Shown: positions 14,745-29,013 of the stretch, one piece after another
Position numbering within the stretch: the stretch's first letter is position 1
How the letters are laid out: every line of letters starts with the position of its first letter
Assembly: GCF_009914755.1 (NCBI RefSeq)
Contig: NC_060930.1
Length of the DNA: 64,000 nucleotides
Source of the DNA: the human T2T-CHM13v2.0 reference genome, Homo sapiens
Reading direction: 5' to 3' (one strand)
Translations under genes and position numbers: made by a program
Notes under the pieces: generated by a model
What the model was told of the DNA's origin: nothing
What the model saw: the letters and a program-made list of their open reading frames with translations, nothing else
Database searches by the model: none

Positions 14745-15895
14745 TCAGCAAAGGACATGAACAGATATTTTTCAAAAGAAGACATACAAATGGCCAAAAA
14801 GCATAAGAAAAAATGATCACAACATCTCTAATCAGGGAAATGCAAATTAAAACCACAATGAAGTATCATCTTACAACAGTCCAAATGACTATTACTAAAA
14901 AGTCTAAAAATAGAAGATGTTGGTGAGGATGCAAAGAGAAGGAAACACATACGCTGTTGGTGGGAATGTAAATTAATACAACTTATATGAAAAACAGTAT
15001 AGAGATTTCTCAAAGAACTAAAAATAGAACTATCATTCGATCTAGCAATCCCACTACTTGGTATCTATCCAGAGGAAAAGAAACAATTACATAAAAAAGA
15101 TACCTCCAATTATATGTTTATCACAGAACTATTCACAATAGTAAAGATGTGGAAACAACATACATGTCCATCATTGGAAGACTGGATTAAAAATGTGGCA
15201 TATATACCATGGAATACTACTCAGTCATAAAAAAGAACAAAATCAGGGCCGGGTACGGTGACTCATGCCTGTAATCCCAACACTTTGAAAGGCTGAGGTG
15301 GAAGGATTTGCCTGAGGCAAGGAGTTCGTGACCATCCTGGGCAACATAATGACACTCAGTCTCTAGAAAAAAATTAAAAATTAAAAATTAGCTAAGCGTG
15401 GTCGCGCATTACCTATAGTCCTGGCTACGTGGGAGGCTGAGATGGGAAAACCCCTGAGCCTAGGACTTGAGGCTGCAATCAGCTATGATTATGCCATTGC
15501 ATTCTTGTCTACAGCAAGACTCTGTCTTCAAAAATAAAAAGTAAAATAAAATAAGAACAAAATCATGTCTTTTCTGGCAATGTGTATGAAACAAGAGGCC
15601 ATTATCTTAAGTGAAATAGCTCAGAAACAGAAAGTCAAATACTGTATATCCTCACTTATAAATGGGAGTTAAATAATGTGTACACATGGACATAGAGAGT
15701 GGAATAAAAGATATCACAGACTTGGAAGGGCAGGAGGGGGGTGAGGGATGAGAAATTACATGGTGGGTATAATGTACTCTATTTGGGTGATGATTACACT
15801 AAAAACCCAGATTTCGCCACCACACAATATATCCACGGATCCAAACCGCACTCACACCCCCTAAATTTATAGAAATACAAATGAAATAAAATTAA
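14745..15895 (+). mobile_element. L1MA-like 3' end
   Basis: ORF2 C-terminus plus L1MA 3' UTR (gagggatgagaaattac...ccccctaaatttatag) and A-rich tail. Confidence 0.85.
15247..15552 (+). mobile_element. Alu, AluJ, inserted in L1MA
   Basis: Diverged dimer; TSD aagaacaaaatca. Confidence 0.92.
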
Positions 15896-16095
15896 AAGAC
15901 TGTAATCTAATTAGATGAATAATTACATTAAGTGAAATGGTCTGAATATTCTAATTAATAGAGATTTTCACACTAGATAAAATTGTTGTAAGACTCAATA
16001 ATATGTTTTTTATGTGAAATATAAGTATGAAGACAGATTGGTTAAAAGGACGGACAGTTTTATCATGCAAACACTAATGAAAAGAAAGCTGGGTG

Positions 16096-19000
16096 GTTTC
16101 AGCTACAAAATATAAAGAACTTGGGTTTACCACTAGTCCTCACAACAAGAAAAATGCTGAGGAAATGGAAAACCGATGACTTTTCTTAGGTCCATGTGAG
16201 AATTTAGGTCACAGGGCAAACAACCACATTAAAATTATTCTTTTTTATTTTTTTTCTGGAGAGACAGGTGAATATAGAGAATGGCGGTTGAGATTGGCTT
16301 ATCTGAAGGAGAAACCGCCAGGAAAATCAAAATGGTAACTTCAGTGAATTCCTGCAGAATGAATATGCACTAGCTTGGGAGTTAAAAAAAGTCCCAGGAG
16401 CCCCAACTTAGAGGAGTCCCCACACTTTTAAGAATTTTACCTTCAAGAGCTCCAAGACAGTCTTTACGGTGAACATCAGAGAAAATCCCCTCCTGTTGCA
16501 GTAACAGTTTTGAAATACACCAAGGGTGTTCTGGTCTCCCTAACAAAAACTTGCCTTCTCAGGGAAAATGCTTCGACAAAGTCTTCTCTGACCTAGGGGA
16601 AAAGCAGACACTCAACTCTGGCCGCATCTATCTGTCCTGTCTCCTTTGAAAGAGAAAGAAAAAAAACTGCTAAGAAACAATTCTGGTCACAGGCCAGAAA
16701 TTCAGCCTTATTTTAAAAATAGGACCTTACCAACATTCATCAACAGGGCTTCCATATAGTAAGAGTGGATTACAACTGAGAGAGCAGTAAGCCACAGACT
16801 CTATTTAGGAAATAGTTCTCAAGGTATCCTAGACAAGAGAGTGAAGAAACAACATCACAAGTCAACTATGGAAAACTAAAACCTGTGGCACTTACAGCTA
16901 TAGCAAATACTAAACAAAACCCAGCTCATTGTCAGATTAACATAAAACCTCACACTAAAAGCTTACTATCTCAGTTCCTATTACTTGACAAGTCAAGTCC
17001 AGCTTTCAACAAAAAAAATGACAAGGTCATGACAAAAGAAAAACAAGAAAAAGCACCATCTAAAAAAACAAAGTGAGCATTAGAAACAGATTCACATATA
17101 ACAGATTTTTAAATTATCAGATAGGGAAGTTAAAATAATTATGATTAATATTTTAGGAAACTTAATGGAAAAAGTAGACAACATACAAGAAGATATGCGT
17201 AATGCAAGAAAAGAGGTGGGAAAAAGAACCAAAAGAAAATGATAGAAATGAAAACACTGACAGAAATGAGTTCCCCTGGTATGACCACAGAAAAAGTCAG
17301 TGAGCTTGAAGATATATCAATAGATGCATCGCAAACTACAATGCAGAGAAAAGAGAATAAAAGAAATGAAACAATGTCCAAGAACTGTGATACCATTACA
17401 AAAGGTGTAACCAACATGTAATGAGAATGCCAGAAAAAGAGCAAAGAAAGGAAGAAATATTTAAAGTAATAATGGCTGAGAATTTCCCAAATCTAGCAAC
17501 AAATAACAAATCAAAAGTCAAGGAAGCTCAGAGAACACGAGAGAGGATAAAAACCATATATATATATGCATATCATAACTGCAAAAAACCAAAGAGAAAG
17601 AGAGTATTTTGAAAGAAGCTTGTCAAAAAACAAGCAAGCCAAAAGACAACTGTATGAAATATTTAAAAGTATTAAAAGAAAAACACCCAACAAACTAAAA
17701 TTTTATATACAACAAAATTATCCCCCCCCCCAAAAAAATAAAAATAAAAACTTTCTAAGGCAAATAAAACTGAGGGAATGTATTGCCAGGAGACCTGCCT
17801 GGCAAGAAATGCTGAAAGAAATTCTTCAGCGAGAAGGAAAATTATATAGGTCAAAAACTCAGGAAACAAAAACAACAACCATAAAAAAAAAGAAAGAAAC
17901 AAGGGTAAAATGAAATCGTTTTTATTCTTAACTGATTTAATATATAACTGTTCAAAGTGATAACAGAAACGAAACAACATATGGGTGATTATAGTATATG
18001 GATAAGTGAAAAGAAGGACAGCAATGTTATAAGAGGTGGAAGGGAGATGTTCAAAATACTCTGTTATAAAGTACATGAACTATCTGTTAAGCAGCATACC
18101 GTTATTTAAAAGTGAATTTAAATTAGCTACTAATGTATATCCCAAACTTTAGGGCAACCACTGAAAATTTTTTCCAATAAGTTTTTTGGTTAAGACAGGA
18201 GAAAAAATAGAATATAAAATGTTTAATGAAAATCAGAGAAGGCAAGAATAGAGAGGAAGATGAAGAATAAAATATAACTGCAAAAAATAGAAAACTGATG
18301 CAAATATCACAGATATTAATTCTACCATATCAATAATTATTTGCAATGTAAATAGTCTAAATATACTAATTAGAAAACAAAGAGTGACACAGTGGATAAA
18401 AAATAAGACCTGACTATATGTTGTCTATAAGAAACTCACTTTTAAGTATAAAGTCACAGGTAGATCAAAAGTAAAGGGATGGATAAGTGTATATCATGCC
18501 AACACTAATCAAAAGAAAGTTATAATAGGTATATTAATCTCAGAGAGAACAAAGAAAATTATCAGGAATAAGGAAGACATTATGTAATGATAAAGGGGTC
18601 ATTTCTCCAAGAAAACATAATAATCCTTAAGAAGTAAGCACCCTACAAAAGAACAACAAAATTCATCAGACATGACTAATAATGCAAGGGGAAATAAAGC
18701 CATTATTAGAGATGGAGACTATACACCTCCCTCTATCAGTAATTCACAGATCCAACTGGCAGAAAATCAGCAAGGACATAGCTGAAGTGAAAAACGCCAT
18801 CAATCTGCTAAAAAGACTTAATTGATATTTACTGATTACTTCAGAGTACACATTCTCTTCACTGTCACATAAAACATTTACTAAGATAGACCATGGATGG
18901 GACCATAAAACACACAGTAACAAAATTCAAAAAACAGAAATTAAACTGTGCCCCCAGATCACAACAAAATTAAATTTAGAAAATACTTGGAGATTAAATA

Positions 19001-19245
19001 GCATACTTTCAAATAAAAAATAGATCAGAGAAGTATCAAGATAAATGTTTAAATATTTTTAACTAATAAAAGTAAAACTACAATTTATCAAAATGTGTGG
19101 GGTGCAGGAAAAGCAGTGCTTAGAGGAAAATGTATAGTATTGAATGCAACATTAGGAAAGAGGAAAGTTCTCAAATCAATAATCTTAGGAAACTAGAGAA
19201 AGAAGGGCAATATAAACCTAAAGCAAGCCAAATAAAGAAAATAGA
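16096..19245 (+). mobile_element. L1MC/MD-like 5' region, ORF1 and ORF2 EN fragment
   Basis: ORF1 remnants (EEIFKVIMAENFPNL; LRECIARRPAWQEMLKEILQREGK) and ORF2 remnant (IRKEESSQINNLRKLEKE). Confidence 0.8.
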
Positions 19246-19246
19246 G

Positions 19247-19945
<699 letters not shown>

Positions 19946-20774
19946 TCAAGGAGTACTTCCAGAAATAAAGGGGAAGCTATCGCAATAAAAAAGTGGTCAA
20001 TTAATAAAGAAGGCATAACCATCCTAAATGTACATGGACCCAATAATAGAGCTACAAAATATATGACTCAAAAGCTACCACAACCAAAAGGAGACAGAAT
20101 CAAATTCAGAACTATTATTGGATATTTCAACAGTTTTATCAGTGATTGCTGAAACTAGAGAACAGGAAATCGAGAAATAACACTATCAACTAACTTGAAC
20201 TAATGGACGATTAATGAACTCTATATCTAAGAGCAGATGATTATATATTCTTTCCAAAATGCTCATGTAATAAGACTATAAAATGGACCAAAACCATGTT
20301 TCCACAAATTTAAAAGGATCGAAATAACAAAGAAAATACTCTCAACAACAATAGAATCAAACTATAAATCAATAAAAACGACTTCTAGAAAATATGCAAA
20401 TATTTAGAAAGAGCATATTTCTAAATAACCCATGGGTCAAAGAAGTCACAAGAGAAATTAGAATATGTATTTTAATTGATTGAAAATTAAAACATATCAA
20501 AAATCAGTCAGCAAAGGCAGTGCTGGGAGGCTAATTATGGTTTTAAACACTTATAGAAAGAGCAGAAAGATCTAAAACACATAATCTAAATTTCATCTTG
20601 AGAAGCTAAAAAAAAAGACAAATCGATCCCCAAGTAAGCAGAAGAAAAGAAATAAACATAAAAGCTGAAAGTAATGAACTGGAAAGGAAAAAACAACAGA
20701 GAAAAATCAATGAAGCCAAAGGTAATTTGCTGAAAAGATCAATAAAATGAAGAAATATTTCCAGGTAGCACTGA

Positions 20775-21221
<447 letters not shown>

Positions 21222-21224
21222 CAC

Positions 21225-21460
21225 AATTGACCCTTTTAACAACATAGGAATTAGGAGTGCCAACCCCCATTGCAGTCAAAAATCCATTTATAAATTTTTA
21301 CTGCCCTGAAACTTAATTGCTAACTACTTACTGTTGACTGAAGTCTTAATCATGGATTAATATATATTTCATATGTTATATGTATTATATACTGCATTCT
21401 TAACAACAAAGTAAGCCAGAGAAAAGAAAATGTTAAGAAAATTGTAAAGAAGGAAAAAAC
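21225..21460. mobile_element. MER8/Tigger2-like DNA transposon fragment
   Basis: caattgacccttttaacaac...gcagtcaaaaatccatttataa...ctgttgactgaagtctta; its terminus served as the Alu target site. Confidence 0.75.
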
Positions 21461-21934
21461 ATTACATTTCCAAAAAAGTCAAATCTAAAATTAAGCCATA
21501 TTGTCACCAGGTCACCATTCTAACACTACTGAAGAAAGCTGCATACGCTGCAGGTATACTTGGTAAAGAATTAAGCTTATCTTGTTTTTTAAAAATAGAA
21601 ATAATTTTTAAATTTAAAATGTTCAACTTAATTCAAAATATTCTGCCATCCATAGTCTTCCTCACCCTACTTGTCATCCACAAAAACCTTTACAATTTTT
21701 GTTTCTTCATTGAAATCTTCAGCTACAGTTCTGTATAACTTTTATTTTCTCAGAGTATTAATTTGAACCTTCTCTATCTACTGGCAACAACCTGACATAT
21801 AATCTGCCTTAAACTTTAAGGTCTATAATGATTATAGAATAGAATTACGCTGATGCTATGACTCAAATCGTATCTAAACATACATAGCTTCACTTAGTGA
21901 AACAATAAGGAGTTATGTCAAGTTCTAGACAGTG

Positions 21935-23690
21935 GTTTTGTTGAGATATAATTAACATACCACGTAATTCACCCATATAAAGTGTACAGTTCAATGGTTT
22001 TCAGTAATACACTGATGGTTGTTGAGCAACCATCAACATAGTCAACTTCAGAACATTTCTAACACTCTCAAAAGAAACCTTACACCCCTTTTAGCAGTCA
22101 CTGGCCATTTGTTCCCAATCCCTCAACCCTAGACAACCACTAGTCAGCCTTCTATGCCTATAGATTTATCTATTCCAAACTCTTCATATTAATGGAATCA
22201 TAATACGTGGTGGTTTTTACTAACTGGCTTTTTCACTTACCATAATGTTTTCAAGGTTCATCCAAGTTGTAGCATAAGTACTTCATTGACTTTAAGTGGC
22301 TGAAAATATTTCATTGTATAGATAAATTACATTCCATTTATCCATCAATAAATGAACATTTGTGTTGTTTTCATCTTTTGGCTATTATGAATAATGCTGC
22401 TGTGAACATTCATGTACAGGTTTTTCTATGAATATGCATTTTAATTTCTTTGGGGTATATATCTAGGGATGGAATTGCTGGGGTACATGGTAACTTGACA
22501 TTTAACCTTTCAAGGAACTGCCCATCTATTTTTTAAAGTGGCTACATCACTTTACATTCACACCAGCAGTGTATGAAAGTTCCCATTTTTCCACAACCTC
22601 ATCAACGCTTGGTACTGTCTTTTTTATTATAGCCACCCCAGTAGATGTGAAATGTCACCTCACTGTGGTCTTGATTTGCATTTCCCTGATGGTTAATAAT
22701 GTTTTTATGTGCTTATTGACCACTGAGAGTGTATAGAAATACAAATGATTTTTATATATTGATCTAGTATCCTGAATCTTTGCTGAATTATCAGCTGAAA
22801 TAATTTTTAGTGGATTCCTTAGGATCATCTATATACAATATAAGATGATGTCATCTCCAAATAGAAATAGTTTAACTTCTTCCTTTCCAATGTGGATGTC
22901 TTTTGTTTCTTTTTCTTGCCTAACTGCTCTAGCTCCAGCCTCCATGCAATGTTGAATGAAGCAGAGACAGCCCATAATCTCCTCTTGTTACTCATCTTAG
23001 AGGGCAAGCATCCTATCTTTCACTATTAAGTATGATATTACCTGTGAGTTTTTTCTAGATCCTCTTTTTCAGGTTGCAGAAGTTCTCCTTTTCCTTTTTT
23101 AGTCTCACTCTGTTGCCCAGGCTGGAGTGCAATGGCATGATCTCAGCTCACTTCCAGGTTCAAGTGATTCTCCTGCCTCAGCCTCCGAAGTAGTTGGGAT
23201 TACAGGCACCCACCATCATGCCCGGCTAATTTTTGTATTTTTAGTAGAGACGGAGTTTCACCATGTTGGCCAGGCTGGTCTCGAACCCTTGACCTCAGGT
23301 GATCCACCTGCCTCGGCCTCCCAAAGTCCTGAGATTACAGGCATGAGCCACCTCTTCCTGCCAGAAGTTCTTTTATTCCTAGTTTGGTGGCTATTATCAT
23401 GAAAGGGTGTTTTATTTTTTCAAATGTCAAATTTTTCAGCATCTACTAAGACCATTATGTGGTGTTTGCCCTTTGTTCTACTGATATGCTATATTACAGT
23501 AGCCAAATTTTGTATATGAAACCAACCTTGCATTCCTGAGATAAATCCCACTTGGTCATGGTGTATAATCCTTTTTATATGTTGCTTGATTCAATCTGTT
23601 AATATTTTGTTTTGGATTTTTGCATCTATTCAGAAAAGATATTAGTATATTGTTTTCTTGTGATGTCTTTGACTGCTTCTTGATATTTGA
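21935..23690 (-). mobile_element. L1MB-like 3' end and ORF2 fragment with an internal deletion near 22725
   Basis: Antisense 3' UTR ttttgttgagatataattaacatac...; jumps to the RT region at tgtatagaaatacaaatg. Confidence 0.85.
23089..23362 (-). mobile_element. Alu, AluSx-like with small deletions
   Basis: Dimer; TSD cagaagttct. Confidence 0.95.
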
Positions 23691-24619
23691 AACCATATGT
23701 TTAACCTAAAGTCTTAAACTGTCAAACATCCAGAAAACTGCTATGAGCCTTAGGAGTTTATATATGTATGACTGATGCTGCATATATTCATATTTGTTCC
23801 AAGAAAATAATATTTTAAGGCTAGCCTTGAGAACAATAAAAGTATGCATAAAAATTGAAATTGTCAACATTGAATATGTATGCCTAAAGGTCATAACTTA
23901 GGCATATGTTATGCCTATATAAATAAATAAAATAAATTAAATAAATTAAAAAATAAAAACAATGTACATATCAGTTATGAGAGATCACATAGAGAATCCT
24001 AAACAGCAAGATTTAGAAACTAAGATTATATAAAAAGAATCTGAAATGTCTTAATATTTTATTGGTTCTACTTTAGCAGAGGCAGAATGCTTCCAACTTC
24101 TTTAAAATTTATTTTTATGGAAACGGAGTTTTAGTTTACCTTTGTAAAAGTTGTAAAATTACTACAGATAATACATTTTGCATGCTTTAATACATCATGA
24201 GAAAACACTACAATGCATCCAGAGGCATATTTTTTTTAAAAAATCAAAATCAGAGAGCCCCTTAATGGCAAAAAAAAATGCTTACTGAAATAGAAATCCA
24301 GTGGGGGAAATTAATATTTAATGTAAGTGAAGACAGTGATTCTGTTAATAGTCAAAATAAACACTGAAAGAGGAAATTAGGCAAATTTAGGACAACAGAA
24401 TTACCTAAAAATAATACAGCTACTCATAAGGAAGAATGTTGCTTAAACCATACATCATTAGATTTATTGTTTCTGCTTAAACAGCACATGCAGGGTTACT
24501 TTAAAAACTTTAAACCCCAGCGCTGCATATGTGCTTATCTACTACTATACTGGAAAAATAAAACAAATGTGAAAGGTTTTGTAACATCATCTTCCTCTAA
24601 ATTTCTGCAGCAGTTCTAC

Positions 24620-24945
24620 CCCCAGCTGAGATGGTCTTGAGCTTCCTCCTTCTCCCAGCTGCTTCTCCTGCATTTGGCTTTAATCAGGTGCAGAGCAGGA
24701 ACTCCACATCCTGTTGCCTTACTCTGATTAGGAGGAGTCAAATTCTACAAATTGGCAGGTTTCTGCCTGTAGTGATTCTATTTGATGAATCATTTGCTTT
24801 TAAGTATTTGAAAAGGGCCATTAGTGAAGGAGCAGCCCAGCTTGTTGCTATTTTCTGGTCTATTTATAACCAGCCATTCTAAGGAGCCAAATGCTGATCA
24901 TCTTTATCTACTGGAACCTAGAAGTTAGGAATGAAACAAAGAATG
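24620..24945 (-). promoter_or_regulatory. Candidate muscle-type enhancer or internal promoter (TATA/MEF2, TEAD, GATA, E-boxes)
   Basis: CTATTTATAA 24860-24869 (MEF2; reads TATAAATA on -), GGAATG 24928, CATTCT 24875, TTATCT 24904, CAGCTG 24623 and 24656, CAGGTG 24685, all in unique sequence. Confidence 0.4.
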
Positions 24946-27169
24946 GATAGTCACCTGATTCTGAAATAAAAACAGCAGAGATCAACAGATGAGACACTAG
25001 TTGTAGTGGTCTCTAGACCCTTAAGATAGTCGATTAACAGACTAAGAGATCTAGGTGCCTTTTTCCTAATAATAAAGAGACATAAAGTGAGTGTTTAAAG
25101 GCTTAGTCCAAAAACTTAAGCATTCAATCACTAGAAACAATAAATGCATAAGTAAAGATACAAGGTGGAAAAAAAGCCAAAAATTAATATAATAAGTAAA
25201 ATATTTGTGGCTCTCTTAGTCTCCAGGTCTTGTGTTAACCTCAGTTCCTAAAACTCTAATCCCAGTTTTGCAAGTGGGCAGCATCTTGGACAGGTAAAAC
25301 ATAGCAGTTATATCCACTAACGACAGCATTCCAAGTTCCCGTCCCCACCCAACTGTGGAAATGACTCTCCACCACACCACACACCCTGCACTCCTGGGCT
25401 CCAATCGCTCTGTAAGGCGATACTAACAATGCATGCACCACCCAGCTGGTGGGGTGGCAAGGAGCCAGGCTTCCTCAGCTGGATAGTCTTGATTTAGAGG
25501 TTGTGAAATGGCAGTCTCATTAAGACTTGGCCACTGTCTCTTTCTCAACATCATTAAATTGCTAACACAGCAGGCCCAACATCAAATGGCCTTTGTGTAA
25601 TCCTAATAAGCCAAAGGATGAGAAAAGCTGGACTTGAGGATGAGGGAATGCTTTTCATTGAAGCCTGAGTTTTATAGCCTGACAGGCTGCCTAAGCCTAA
25701 CAAGGCAACAGGGTATGGAAAGACGACACAGGCAACTCTTATAAGCTGTACCAAAAGTAGAAGATGCAAAACCAGAAGGACAGGGAACAGGGTCTAAAAA
25801 AACCAAAGTGGAGCAAAATCTAAAGAAAATCTCATAGGAGGGTAAAGAAAAATTTAAAGCAAATATATCAGCCAGGGTAGGAAGGGCAAACCTTCAAGGT
25901 ACTAATTGTAAATGGGTGGATATAGGATCCACACATAGAAGCAGTAGCTCTTAATCCCTAACTGGCATAAAATCCATGCTCTGAAAGACAAGTGACAATT
26001 TTGTGGCACTTTTCTGGTATTTTTTGCATTCGTGAGATTCATGAGATTAAGAGGACCATAGTGATGCTACAAAATATTTAAAATAACACGAATTCAATGA
26101 TTTTTAAAATTCAAATTTTAAAAGAAAAGGAGTGGAAAATATCAGAAATGAGATCACCTGTTCAATCTGCTCGCGATAATGCACATTATGAAATAAAAAG
26201 CACCACCACATTTAACAGTACAAAACTGAACTTAGCTGCACAAGATTTGTTATTATCTATACCCAAGGTTCTAGTGCACAGAATTTTAGACTACTAAAAT
26301 CTGTATTTTTGAATTTCATTCTATTGACTGCATATTTGATGAAACAGGAAAAGAGCATTCCCAAAAGAGCAGAGATTTTACTTTATATGTAAAACACAGT
26401 TGGAAATCAGTTAATTAGAAAGCACCTCAGCCAATAATAGTGAACATTTAGAACACAGACAGAGAACTTCCAAAACTCCAATAAGCCCTCTGTCTGAGGA
26501 ATAATAAAAACTGTTCAGGCATGTGTCTTTTAAGAATTGTGTGTTAAATCTAAATTTATGTAATTAGAGGGTTTTTTTAATTACTTATAATTTCCTCTCT
26601 AATTTATTTCATTAAATACACAGATCCTGGAACTTCTTGGCAAATAATGTCAGCTAATACTGACGTAGGACCTAGAATCTAGGTAAATGGTCATCAAACT
26701 GTGTCTCCAGAGATGTTCTGGGCATTTTTCAAATAGCTGGCTTGAATTTCATTTTACACTATAGGAAAACTATATTCAAATTCACATGTAAATGACACTG
26801 ACTTTTAAAACACTAGTAATTACCTAGATATGTACTGTCAAATTAAACTTATTTATAGTTTGACTTCAGAATAAAGCTTCCCCTGCCATCTTTACATATA
26901 CTCGAACCTCTTTCATTAATGATGATGGCCATAAGCTACAAAAGGACAGGACTTGTGTCTCTTCCTCGTAACAACTATGGGTTGGATAAACTGTTCTGTG
27001 CCACAATTTTCAGAATTCAAAACATAAGAAAACTTGTTTGAAACAGGTGAAACCTGAGGAGTCTTGGCACAAGCAAAGGTGAGACCCCCTTCAGGGGCCC
27101 TTCTGCAGGCCAAGTGGACAGCATTCCACGGAGGGCAGAGATGTGACACACAGGAGCATGTGCACGCCA

Positions 27170-28810
27170 AGAACTAAACACAGAATACAAAAGACTCTCT
27201 AAAATAACTGTATTTGAAATGTTCAAAGAGGTACAAGAAGGAAGTAAAGCCACAGGCAAGAAAAGGTAGATTTGAAGTAAGCACTAAACTGATTTTTCAT
27301 ATATTTAGTAAAATGGTCACAAAAATTATCCCCAAATGGGTAAGGTGAGTAGGAGACATCATGCTCTAAAAGACAGAGATGAGAACATCATCCAAAATGC
27401 TGCACAAAAACCAAAAAGTTAAAAATAGATGAAAGAGAATCTTAAAGATATGGAAGAGAGGCTGAGATGCTCCAAAATGTGCCTAATAAAGGTTACATAG
27501 GAAAGAAATAGATAATATGTGAGTGAAGCAAGGAGACATGGTTGAGAATTTTCAATAATCAAAGAAAACCACAAATTCTCAGGTTAAAAGACAAGATTAA
27601 CCCACATCCAGATATACTGTAATACAACTGAGAAACACAATCAGGGAGAATTGCTTTTCACTTTCTAATAATCAAAAAAAGAAAAAAAATTGAGGAGAAA
27701 AGAATCTTGAAAGAGTAACAATTACACCAATAGCAAAAATAGATAGTAAGAGATAATAGGATATTTTCATATTGCCAAGAGAAAATTACTGCCAGTTTAG
27801 AATTTTGTAACTAGCCAAAATACTATTCAAAAGTAAAAGCAAAATAGAGATTTTTTTCAGACAAGACAGAGAGTTTATAACTCACACGCCTTCACAGAAA
27901 CTATCATCAAAGGACAGACTTTATCAAGAAGGAAGATGAACTCACAATGCAGCAGCAAGATGGCAGAAATAACAGTGAGTAAAGAAACTGGTGAACATAT
28001 GGATACATCTAAAGAATTACCAGCCTTATTTAAAAATAACAAAAATAACAATGATTAATTGGAAAGAAAGGCAAACAAGAGAGAATGAAATTACTGGAAA
28101 GCAATAAATCGAAACATGGGAAGTAGCAGTTCAGGGTTAAAGTGTTCTCAGTAGGCAATGGGAACTATTAATTAGATTTAGACTTCATCAAGTATGCATG
28201 TTAAAGTTAACTATAAAAGCAAAAAGAATACAAAGAGAAAGTATAAATTTGTAACCAACAGCCATGGAAAAGGAAATGAAGAAAATTCTATCAGACTAGC
28301 CAAAAGCAAGAAAGAAAAGAGAAGCAAAGAAAAAGGACAAAACATAAATTAACAAGATAGAACTCATCTTTATATCAATAACAGCAATAAGTATAAGTGC
28401 ATTATTACCTATAAAAGGGAAAGACAACTCCTAAGTTAAAAAAAATACCTAATTATCACTCAAATACACTGAAAGCAAAAAGGACAATTAATTGAAAATA
28501 TTAGTAGAAAAAGAAATCTCAGGCAACTAGTCACAAAAAGAAAGTTGATTTAGCATTAATCCTTTCTTCTTTTAAATTCTAATACTAATAAGAATAAAAA
28601 AGTATACCATATACTAGTAAAAGTATCCACCAAAAGGATATGATAATCATACAACAAGGAGAAACAGATAAAACTATAATGGCAGTGAGAGATTTTGATA
28701 CTTTGTAGGAATATTATAGTCTTCAATGCAATCATTTAGGAAAAGATACTAAAATAAATGAACCTAACATTCAATAAAAGAAGGAACAGAAGAAAACAAC
28801 TCAAAGAAAG
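27170..28810 (+). mobile_element. Very old L1 (L1ME/M5-like) ORF1-ORF2 fragment
   Basis: A-rich degenerate ORF1 motifs (ggttgagaattttcaataatc, tttagaattttgtaactagccaaaatactattcaaaag). Confidence 0.6.
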
Positions 28811-28968
28811 AAGACATTAAAGTTGATTTTTATTTTTATTTTGTAAAGACATCAAATTTGTTTCCATTTGTATTCACATGTTGTTAATGCCATTAAGATC
28901 TTATATATTATTAAATATACTGGAATAATTCAAAAATCAAAACTATTAGTTCTGTAAATCTGATGGTG

Positions 28969-28970
<2 letters not shown>

Positions 28971-29010
<40 letters not shown>
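28971..29010. repeat. (GT)20 microsatellite
   Basis: Directly visible. Confidence 0.98.
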
Positions 29011-29013
<3 letters not shown>

